A stretch of DNA of 63,995 nt, the filler included, from Folioceros fuciformis (taxonomy: Eukaryota): the NCBI GenBank assembly GCA_049999805.1. It is 5 parts of 5 records of this genome, joined end to end, with 100 filler letters (N's around TTAATTAATTAA, not from the genome) between each part and the next. Parts side by side here need not be neighbours in the genome. Positions count along the whole stretch, not along the records: positions 30,961 to 55,279 come from JBNGIO010005675.1; 4 more parts are not named here. One strand, written 5' to 3'. Shown here piece by piece: positions 36,989-47,105 of this stretch. The first letter of the stretch is position 1, and the number at the start of each line of letters is the position of its first letter. Below the pieces are notes generated by a model. That model did not search any database. It saw nothing but the letters and a program-made list of their open reading frames with translations, and was not told where the DNA came from. The position numbers and the translations under genes are program-made.

Positions 36989-38135
36989 ACGTGGAGTTTC
37001 GCCATGGACTGGTGAGAAGGAACCTTGAACAAGATTCGGATGCAGGCGGTTTAGGAGGAGTTGACGGAGCTCCTGGTGTGAAGATATCGTACGACGTGGA
37101 AGAGCCGGAGGCGTATTTTGGCCGGGATTCTTCTTCTTCTTCCCCGGCTGCGCTGTTGGAGAAGGTGAGGGCGGTGAAGCTTCCCGGAGAGCGGGAAGGG
37201 GAGACCGTGGAAACGGAGCATACGAGGCGGGACAAAGGAGATGTGAAGACAGAGTACACGGTGGAGGAGGATGTGCAGGAGCAGACTCACCCGTCCACGT
37301 TGCAGAAGGTGAAGGCAAAAGTGCGCGAGGCGGAGGACAAGCTGAAGCTGCGGGGGGAGAAGAACCTGGAAGACGATCCGCACCCTGAGCTCACCTACGA
37401 AAGCCGTCAGTCCAGGCCTGGAATCTTGGCGCGCTTGAAGAACAAATTGAGCAAGAGCGGATCCGAAGGCGGAGGCGGGATACGCTCCGACGGGCGAGCC
37501 CTGGAGCCCGAGGAAGTAGCTGCCGAAACACGCCACGCGGCATCTCCAGGGTCGTGCAACCGATCCCAGGAAGGGAAGGTGGCGGTGTCGAGTGCGGCTG
37601 GATCCGGAGCGCTACCGGCAGGAAATAGAGAGCGGCGGGAGGCTGTCCTTCCCCAGCAGCTAAACAGTGAGGTGGGGACAGGGTACGAGGAGGAGTCGGA
37701 GGAGATGCAAAGGGGAGAGTCCGGCCAGCTGGAGACCGACGCTGAGGTAGGTAGTGCAACCTCGGTTGGGCTGTCGTGAAATGTTTGCGTCGTGTGCGTT
37801 TTCCTGTGACATGATTGCGGTGATGACAGGACAAGGGGACCCGGCACAGTGATGAGCGTGCCGCGACTGCGCCTGTGCCACAAGATCGTTTGCCCGGCGA
37901 GGAGGACGGTCCGCCTTTGGACGAAGTGAAAGCTCCGGGTTTGTTGGACAGGGTGAAGGAAGAGACCGCCGCGGTCGGACAGAGTGTTCAGGAAAAGCTC
38001 AATCTCAAGTCGTCCGACGATAGCTTGGTGGATTCTAGTCGTTATGGTGAACAGTCGGGATTTTTGGGTAGACTTGCAAACAAGTTTGGGCTGTCAGGCT
38101 CCGACGCGGGCCATGGCCGCAGCCAAAGCACGTAG
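36989..38135 (+). CDS. Hydrophilic LEA/LTI65-like stress protein; exons ~36989-37750 and 37885-38135, start exon not resolved
   Basis: Glu/Gly/Ser-rich and disordered, with repeated amphipathic motifs LLEKVRAVKL, TLQKVKAKVREA, GILARLKNKL, GLLDRVKEE and GFLGRLANKF. Phase-compatible GT-AG intron 37751-37884. ACGT-core (ABRE/G-box-like) motifs upstream, e.g. CCACGTGC at ~36632. Confidence 0.55.
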
Positions 38136-38254
38136 ATGTGTAGGCTGGTTAGACGGTCATGTCTGGCTGGAAATCGGATAGCAAAGTGCTCTCTCTCTCT
38201 CTCGTGTTGTGGCATCCATGTACATATCTAGACTACTAGGATGCGTATGTAGCA

Positions 38255-38559
38255 AAGCTGTTGCAAGCTAGGCGAGGGTTTGTAGCCTCGTAACCCAAGC
38301 GTTCGGTCAGCAGGAGAGCGAACCTTAAGGTAGTTTTCTGCCAAGGTGTGCAAGCCGTATGGCGTAATTGCTGTGTAATATGCAAGGAAAGTGTTCATAT
38401 GACGTGCGGCGAAGCTGTTGCAAGCTAGGCGAGGGTTTGTAGCCTCGTAACTCAAGCGTTCGGTCAGCAGGAGAGCGAACCTTGTGGCAGTTTTCTGCCA
38501 CGGTGTGCAAGCCGCATGGCGTAATTGCTGTGTAATATGCAAGGAAAGTGTTCATATGA
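38255..38559 (+). repeat. ~157-bp tandem duplication, 2 near-identical units
   Basis: AAGCTGTTGCAAGCTAGGCGAGGGTTTGTAGCCTCG...GCAAGGAAAGTGTTCATATGA at ~38255 and ~38412. Confidence 0.9.
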
Positions 38560-39349
38560 GATGCGAGAATCTACATAAGCTGGGCTCAAAGACTTGAGAA
38601 TGGAACATGTCTACGTCTCTGTCTCTTCTGTTCACGGCACAATGAGTGTTGCCATACCTTGCCAAGGGAAAGAGGCTGGGCTCTGCCCTGCCCTGCCCTG
38701 CAACGTCTAGTACCACACGTTGGGCTATCGCGTCGTAGACACATGAGATGGTGCATGGTGGATCACCTGCCCCCCTCGCAGTTGTACAGTGGATGCCACT
38801 ACGGTGTCATCCCCTCTCTGTGGTGTGCTTTCCTGACATGACACATACCAGACATATTCCTCGCTTCTGAAGGTGAGGGGACGGGAAGTGAAGCTACCAC
38901 CAACTTGTGCTTGCAGCTCTTCATTGTCTTCCGGCCAATCTCACCTGGCCTATGTACAATGTAGGTGAAGACAGGTAGCCGACATTCCTTCAAAATGCGT
39001 TTGTACTGCTCCAGATTTTGTCTTCTCAGCCACCAGTTGCACTTGAAGTGATGGTTGGTAAGCACACCGAAGTCAAATCCTTCACACCAAAGAACATGGG
39101 CAAGGCCACACTAGCGGTGGTCGCTCTCGGAGTGTACGTCATGATGCCAGGCCAGTGCCGATGTATACAATCGCTGCAAGTAAGCAGGGAGGAGAGGCAC
39201 AAGTGCGTGATGGGAGCACACCATATGTACTGTAAAGCGTATGCCGCTGCTCCAGAGGAGCTGGTGTGGGGCTGCCAACCCAAAAGGCACAATCCTTTGG
39301 CAAGCTCAGGATTAATTTCTGAACCGCCTCTTGGCCCCAGCCATCCAAG

Positions 39350-40940
39350 ATGACGGCCCCTCCACAGGGCCTGGCTACCACTCTGGAGGAGCCTGAACTT
39401 GTTGGCAGCTACTCTCGACTACAATCTGCTGGCAGGTGAGTCAAAGGCTTGCAATTGCTGGGTATCATCATTGAGCTAAGCCTCATGAGCCTTGCTGACA
39501 CTATTTACTGTATTACTTGTTCTCTAAGTCTTGGACATTCCGATTCCACCGGAGAGCACTTGGTGACGGAGGTGTATCACGGCTCCCTTGTGCACTATGG
39601 CCCTGAAAAGAGAAAGCTTAACAAATTAGAGCGGCACTGGGTGTTTTCGGGACCGGTTGCGGGAATTCTGGGCTTGCGGGACATCGTCAATCCAGCTGTA
39701 CCAACCTTCATCTTTCACAGCACCCATTAGCATGAGCTGCCTTGCCTGGCGACGCGCTTGAAAGCTGAACCTGCAATTTATAATGAGTCTCCATGTTGTT
39801 GAGATTGCAGGTATGGCGCGCAACAATCAACGAACTGGTGGCCACAGCCATGATGGTATTCATCAGCATCAGTGCTATTTTCGCGTGCCTGGAAGTGGGC
39901 TTCTCAATCCCAATTCTGCCCATAGCTCTGGCACACTTCGTCCTGGTGTCCTTCATGATCTTAGGCGCTGCTCCAGCTTCCGGAGGCCACATGAATCCCG
40001 GAATCACATTAGCTACAGTGTGGACCGGTTTCACATCCCCAACAAGAGCCCTGCTTTACGTGGCAGCTCAGTGCGCAGGATCCATTGCTGGGTCTTTCTT
40101 GCTGAAGTTCATGGTACCCGCCGAGACCGTTGCGAGGTGAGCCGCAGCATCCTTGGAGCATTAGCCACAAGTCTCTGAGTCTGTCGTGGGAGTCACTGCC
40201 GTTCTAACTCCAAATGCCCCGCTAGGTACTCGTTGGCGGGCTGCAAGTTGCGCAGCCTGCTGCCTTCTTCCGCAATACCCAACCTCGCGCCGGCCTCTGC
40301 TCCGACGCCGCCTTATGTGCTCACTGGGATCTCAGCGCGAGCAGGCCTTGTTGCCGAGTTCTGCTTCTCCTTCGTCCTCTACTACTTCTGCTACAACCTG
40401 GGCATGGACCCGAAGCAGTTCACGGTGACGGGCCCCTTGCTGTCCCCGTTCATGCTGGGAGCCATCATCGGCTCCCTGGTGCTTTTCTCCGGTGGCCTGG
40501 CGCCAGGCTACTCGGGAGCCGGCATGAACCCGGCCAGGTGCCTGGGGCCCGCGGTGGCACTGAACCAGGCGTACCTGTGGAACGATCACTGGGTTTACTG
40601 GGTTGGCCCGCTGCTGGCCGGATTGGCCCACGCCGCGCTCTACTACACCATCCCTCCTCATCATCTGGAAATTTACTCCAAGAACCAGGATGTCTTCAGC
40701 AAGGGCAAGGTCGTGTTGCAAAAGGTGAAGTCTGCCCGATTCTCTAGGAGCAACAGTGCCAGCTCCAGCCGGAACGGTGGCTCCGGCATTGAATTCAGCA
40801 ATGCTATTGCGGGCGCCAGCGGTGACGCCGCCAGACTCGGTAACAAGCCTGATTCCCTCGAAAGCATCTACAAAGGAGTAGCACAGAGAACCAAGAAGGC
40901 GTCGCCTGATGCCAGCCACAACGTCACCATATTGTGTTAG
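39350..40940 (+). CDS. XIP: Aquaporin, X intrinsic protein (XIP) subfamily, ~431 aa; exons 39350-39435, 39529-39697, 39811-40136, 40226-40940
   Basis: VWRATINELVATAMMVF, loop B SGGHMNPG, loop C SLAGC and loop E GYSGAGMNPARCLGPA (NPARC is the XIP signature), plus HWVYWVGP. GT-AG introns keep the frame (1296 nt). Confidence 0.9.
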
Positions 40941-41482
40941 ACTTTTCCACGGCAAGACTAGTCTGAATCCCGCCAACGCTGCGTCTTTGTCAATTATGGT
41001 CCCCAGAAGTCTTTGTCAATTATGGTCCCCAGAAAACCTGCTTGCTTTGTAGCGTAGGGTGATTTGTACAAGGCCTTGATGCGTTTTAGAATAAACCAGA
41101 ACGTCCAACCGCCTGCGACATGTTGTGTGTGGCAGGGAGGTCCTGGAGCTGGCAGTTGTGATAAGCACCCACACAATCTAAAACTCGGGGGGTCTAGATT
41201 GTGTTTCCCCACACCATCCGTTCCTCGCATTTTCTCGAAAGCTAAACTTGTACAGGCCCTTGCTTCCGGCTTCATTCCAACACCAATCAAGCTCCTCCTT
41301 TGGTTTGTAGTAGGGAGTAAAACAACGCTGCACATCCGTCCTGGAAAAGTAGTTTGGCAAGTTCAAGCCTATCTCTTTGCCATCCCCAGTTCCTCAACCA
41401 TATGGACGTTCTCCTCCGCAAGATGGCATCAACCCACAGGATAGTGACATCAATTAGATTTCACTCAGCAGTCACCCCTGAG

Positions 41483-42225
41483 TCAAATCAAAAGCTTGAA
41501 GGCCAACAAAAGGAGAAATACAATGACTAGAACCAGCAAACACATAACCATTATCGAGCAGCTCTTGCCAGCTCGCTGGCTAACCAGACCCATTTTCTTC
41601 TGTGCCATCTGCAGGACAAAAAAGAAGCATGAGGAGGGGAAATTGGACATGCGTATATCCTACAAAATAGTAATCGATTCACCCACCCACCCGCAAGCGA
41701 TTGTTGGTGGAATCAGCATCCCGGTCAATGTCATCCTGCAAACCCCAGACAACACCCAACCTGGTTAGCCAAAAGGCAAACAGCAGCGAGGTTGATGCTG
41801 GGTCGGGGACAATCAAATTTGTTCCTCAGGTCTGGTCTGACAAGCGTACCAAGAGCCGCGTATGCAGGTCCAGTTCCTCATTCACGGCTAGAGCAATATG
41901 TTTGGTGCTCAGAACTGTTGCTTCCAGTCCAGCCAGATCAGCATCCTGCTCTGCAGAATAGGTCACAGACAGCGCGTGTTAGCTAAAAGACAGAACATGT
42001 GAACCAGGCATCGCGGCAACCAAAAAGAAGACGAGACTTGGTCCGACAAGCTCCGCTCTGCTCTGGAGTCAACACCATGCCTTTCATGATCTGCCTCTGA
42101 AAATGAATCACACCCAAGTTGTCAAGGTCGGAAGTCTGGCTCGTCTCCACTACATGGCTCCGGCCATCGCGAGAAAGCAAATTCGCCCTGCTTTTGGGAT
42201 CTCGGGGGGGGCCCTGCGATGCCAT
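41483..42225 (-). CDS. SYP5: SYP5 (SYP51/52)-like Qc-SNARE, 138 aa as visible; exons 42225-42081, 41950-41850, 41735-41691, 41608-41483
   Basis: LDNLGVIHFQRQIMKEQDADLAGLEATVLSTKHIALAVNEELDLHTRLLDDIDRDADSTNNRLR followed by a C-terminal TM segment. The first intron has a GC donor. No N-terminal helical domain found. Confidence 0.85.
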
Positions 42226-43024
42226 CGCATTCCAACGAGACAAAGACAGGCCGAAAGGCCCTGGCGGGGAGTAGGATTACTTGCTCTCGACAAGGCGATT
42301 AGGAGCATGAAATAAAGGGTATGCATCCAAAATGTACGGGCAGGTTTTCTGTACCCTAGAGTACAGAGCCTGTATTATGGGTTCGGGACTGAGTTTCAAC
42401 TACGTTTTATGCGTATCTCTACATACACCCTTGAGCCTTGAAGTGGAAGAGCATGACAAATGTGACGGAATACGGAAAGAAACTTTGGGCTAAAATATTC
42501 TCAACCAAATTATTTTAAATCTGTTAAGTACATATATATCTTAACTATCTATAAATATAAATTTTAATCATTTATTTGAAGATCAATGTTTAAGATGTGT
42601 TTAGATATGACTTATGGTTTGCTTAGATATCTTTCATAAATCTTAATTTTCTAGGCATAAAGATTATGTTGATTTTGTTTTTCTAAAAAAACACATTTAG
42701 ATCCTCTCCTAAAGGACATGTCAAACTTAAAGGAGTTTTTGTGAAAAATTGACACTGAAAAAAAATCGTACACCTCAAAATTAAAAATTGATTTTTTTTT
42801 AAAGCCTAGCATTTCATGGAATGAAGTCGTACATGGTGTTCTGAGGTAATAATCTTGTGCACATGAACTCACACATGCAAGCTTTTCGTAATTTATAATA
42901 TTTAAATAATTAGATAAAGTTCAAAAATTAGTCTTAGAAGGATTTACTAGAGACAAATTTAAGAAATTTAAGTTATGATTCGTAAAATGACTTACTAAAC
43001 TGAAATAGTAGTGTGTGAAGAGAA

Positions 43025-43311
43025 CTTAACACCAAAGTGATGCTTGTCCTTGTCATGAACTCATGTGTAGTACCCTACCAATAATGTTCTAAGGACCACT
43101 TACACCAAAGGAATGCTTGTCATGAACTCATGTGGAGTACCCTACCAATAATGTTCTAAGGACCACTTACACCAAAGGGATGCTTGTCATGAACTCATGT
43201 GTAGTACCCCACCAATAATGTTCTAAGGATCACTTAACACCAAAGGGATGCTTGTCCTTGTCATGAACTCATGTGTAGTACTCTATTAATAATGTTCTAA
43301 GGACCACTTAA
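43025..43311 (+). repeat. ~68-75-bp tandem repeat, 4 units
   Basis: CTTACACCAAAGGGATGCTTGTCATGAACTCATGTGTAGTACCCTACCAATAATGTTCTAAGGACCA repeated head-to-tail. Confidence 0.9.
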
Positions 43312-45408
43312 CGCTTGCGTCTAAATCTCTGAAGCAATAAATGCTCCATGTCATGGTCATTGTCTCTCTCTCTATCACCGCGTACAGCCCACTTGCATAC
43401 AGCCTAGGTTTCCCCATAAATAAATGATGGCATAACTTTGAGTATAACCCGCTGCACCATGCAGTGTCTACAACCATGTGCAAGTTACAAACTGAGTTAA
43501 AAACCGTGTGCGGGATCATCCCCTACAAACATGAACAAAGCAAAGCAGGAAGCTCTTGAACCTCTTACCCTAACACAAACACAAGCAAAGAGCGGTGAAG
43601 GAGCTTGCACACCATGGAGTGTCCGTTGTTTATTCAATCACCGACACTTGGGCAGTTCAATATAGATGATCTAAGTAGGCAGGTGGTGAAGGACATGAAG
43701 GTTGCTTATATTCCTTGGAGTAGAGTGGATGACTATGTTTCTGGAGAAGGCTTGAGATGCGCTGCAAGCTTCTATCGGAAGGATTCGAAGAGTGACCATT
43801 CCTTGCCTATACCAATTGTGCTGTCCCTGGAGATTGCATGCATATACATTAGGTATGATTAATCTCCCTCTCCAAGTTGTTGCACTCCATAGCTTTTTGT
43901 AACCACATATTTTTAGGTTATTGTGTTTAAGTTTTATAAGGCTTTTTCTTTGCTAGGTTATGTGCCCACTAAATCTGACATCATGCAATTACCAATTTGA
44001 AGGGTACACATGCATAATATATATTTTGACTACCTATGCAGATACTAGTGCTCATATGGACCACAAGATTATAGAGAAGGCACGACACGAAGAATGTACG
44101 TATGAAAACTAATCTGTATGGCAAATTTTGTTGTGAAGCAGTTGCTTTTATTTCCAAATGTGGCTCAAATTCTCCTTCGTGAAGGAGCACATGTAGATCA
44201 CGAATGTGAGGTTTGTCTTAGCTCACAATATGTGGGTCATCCTAAAATGTCTAGAGCTCCTTGGCTTTCGAAGGAGAAGAAGGATTGGGTGAAACATTGT
44301 CTTTATGCAAGGTTCTGTGTCGGAAATTATGCATCGACATATTGCAATTGTGAATGAGAAGATGACGCACTATTCCGGACATGGACCTAGAGATGACATT
44401 CGAGACGATTACCTACAGCGCAAGGATGTGTTGAACATGAAATGGCAAGTAGAAGCGGGCGAGTGGAAACTCCAGGCAGATGATGCAAAGTCAACCAAGA
44501 TGTGGTTGAAAGTGAATGCTGACCTTATCTTCCATAGGTCAGAACCGGGTGAACCATTTGTTTTAGCATTGCAAACTCCTTTCATGCGGCAAATGTTGGT
44601 TAAGCATCGGTTGAATAGTGTTTTAGCCATGGATGCCACATTTGGTATAAACAAGCATCGGTACCACTTATTCACTGTGATGGTTTTTGATCAACACCTA
44701 AATGGTATTCTAGTTGCTTGGGCACTAACAGAAGAGGCTACTATCATTTCTTTAGTATCATGGTTGAAGCCGTTGCAACAAGTAGCCCTCAACACATGTG
44801 CAACATGGGTTCCTAGTTGTTTTTTAGTTGATGATTGTTTGGTAGAGATACGTGCATTGAAACAAGTATGGGGGGCTCATATACATGTTGTGTTGTGCTT
44901 ATGGCATGTTAGGAAGGCATAACAACAAAGCCTTTTAAGGAAGGTGAAATGTAGTATTGCAAGGAAGAAAATTTGGGCTGCTTTTGCAGATATTATGTAT
45001 GTGAAAGGCCATGGCACATATGAGGATACTCTTGTATGGGGTAGTGTATTATTAGAGTTCTTCTATAAAGAGTGGCATGGAAGCCAACCAGCATTTGTTG
45101 AGTACTTCAAGGAATAGTGGGGCAAATCTATAGGTATTTTGCTTCTATGTTGCAGTGTAGTTTTTGTAATTTAAGGGCCGTGTTCTTGGACGTACGTTGG
45201 GTGAGGAGTATAATGGTTTTTTTTTTTTTGGCAAATATGTGGTTGAAGAATTGCAGGTTGTATCCTCACACTGGACATGGACAGGATACCACATCCGCAT
45301 TGGAGGCCTTTCATCGCTTTTTGAAGGAAAGAGTGTCTTTCACTAAAGGAGCGCTACCCGGAAGGCGTATGGATTGGCTTTTGCATCAACTAGTGAATGA
45401 GGTAGGAC

Positions 45409-45701
45409 TGTCAATAGGATCGACTCCAATCTACGTGCAAGTGTAGGAGAGGAGAGGAGAGAAGAGAGGGTGGTATTGGTGATCACAACCATGAAAACAA
45501 TACACATCACCACTGTCTTACTATGGAGGTCCGAGGTCTCCATTTAAGTAGTACATTTAGGGCTACACAACTTCCAGGTTCAATATGGGATAATCTACAC
45601 TATCCTAAGTTCACTAATAACTAGAACTAGTCTAGTATGAACCCAACTGGGATAACTAACACCACATGAGTTTAGCTCATATAGAGCTTGATAACTCAAC
45701 A
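45409..45701. mobile_element. Solo LTR (293 bp) with 5-bp TSD AGGAC
   Basis: TGTCAA...TCAACA termini. AGGAC at 45404-45408 and 45702-45706. Excision restores the MULE reading frame. Confidence 0.85.
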
Positions 45702-46226
45702 AGGACGTCATTATTGGTACCTTGATTTCACTAAGGCTGGTGGTTACAAGCCAAATTTGAGGCTAGAGAAGGTATATGTGTTAGAAGAGAATTCTGTTAT
45801 AATTCTCTTATAAACGAAGCCGCTTATTAGATATTAGTTATTATTTAATAACTAGGTTAATTTGAATCGACACAACCTTAGACAGTTTTGATATATAAGA
45901 TACTCTGTATATTCATGATAATTAATTCTCTTTATTCTTAGCACTGTGTGCGTGTGAGTACATCTGGTTTTATGAACATGGTATCAGAGCTTGATACATG
46001 ATTTGCTTCTACTGTCTACATTAATGTATTTGGCTATGGTAGATGCATGTAGTAAGAATAGATTATAGGACACGGAATCCTCGAATCACAAAAACTGTGA
46101 TTCCAGGATGTGTCGAAAAATCCTTCTCACTACCTGCAATAAGAATATGCATGACAGTAAATCAAAGACTTCCGCTGCGCGGATCTGGCTGTCGCTGTGC
46201 AGCAGATCATGTCGCTCTAATTAAAG

Positions 46227-46784
46227 ATGACTCGACGGGGGCGTTCTCGCTGTGAGCGTTCGTCCCCGCTATCCTGCAATCGACCCACAATCAGGCATCA
46301 GGATCAGGCTTCCAGGAGCATACAAAATCACGCAAGCCAGGAAGAGATACTGTATACATTGCCTTTATCCCGGACTTCAACCAGGGTGCATGTATTGCGA
46401 CATCTTGAAGTTCGAGACTTTTGTGAGGACGATTTGCGGGACACATTCAGATCTCGGGCTACTCACTTGCCAGAGATAGTTGGAGCCTACCGAGTGCTGA
46501 GTGAAAGGTTGAACACTACAGAATCAACCCTGCTTACTGTGATTTCTCGACAGGGCGAGGTGCACACCGCGCGTCATCAAGAACTTTCAGCCGCGGTTGA
46601 CCTTATTCTGCGCAAGCAGACAACACTGATTGAGGGTGTCAGAAAACTTCACGATCTTGTGACTGAATTGCAAAGGAAATCAGCGCAAGACTTGGGCGCG
46701 AATTCTACCTCAACAGATCTGCTCAGAGCGCTTGCCCCTGCTCGCGAGAAGCCCAGATTTCAAGCGTTGTCCTCAGCGCGGTAG
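46227..46784 (+). CDS. Extra 185-aa ORF between the PBS and gag of the Copia; basic N-terminus and predicted coiled coil; function unknown
   Basis: Open ATG-to-TAG frame on the sense strand, with heptad pattern LSAAVDLILRKQTTLIEGVRKLHDLVTELQRK. Confidence 0.5.
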   Translation: MTRRGRSRCERSSPLSCNRPTIRHQDQASRSIQNHASQEEILYTLPLSRTSTRVHVLRHLEVRDFCEDDLRDTFRSRATHLPEIVGAYRVLSERLNTTESTLLTVISRQGEVHTARHQELSAAVDLILRKQTTLIEGVRKLHDLVTELQRKSAQDLGANSTSTDLLRALAPAREKPRFQALSSAR

Positions 46785-47105
46785 GGCGCGCCTGGGGGTC
46801 TCGTGTCCGCTGTGCTTTCTGGCGGGAGGCGTCTTCATTCCTTGGCATCTGCCCGCAGTAAGACTCCACAGGACGCGACCCTGTAATCGGCCATGCGAAA
46901 CACACCACGTCAGCCGAATACTGCCATTAACCGTCAACAAACGTCCCAGGAGGTGTCCTGTGACATCTGACTTCTCTGCGAACCCCTTCGCTGCTCCACC
47001 CCTCAGCCTCCTGTAGCATTGCGAGACATATTACGAGAAAAATTGCCTTGTGCCCTCGGCCTGATCACCCTTGCGCGCTTGATAATTTTTCTGCAATACG
47101 TCTGC

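Noticed and set aside
43025-43311. Regular repeats here and at 6098-6278 and 23505-23642 as possible CRISPR-like arrays
   Set aside because: Units are contiguous tandem copies with no unique spacers, there are no cas genes, and the context is eukaryotic.
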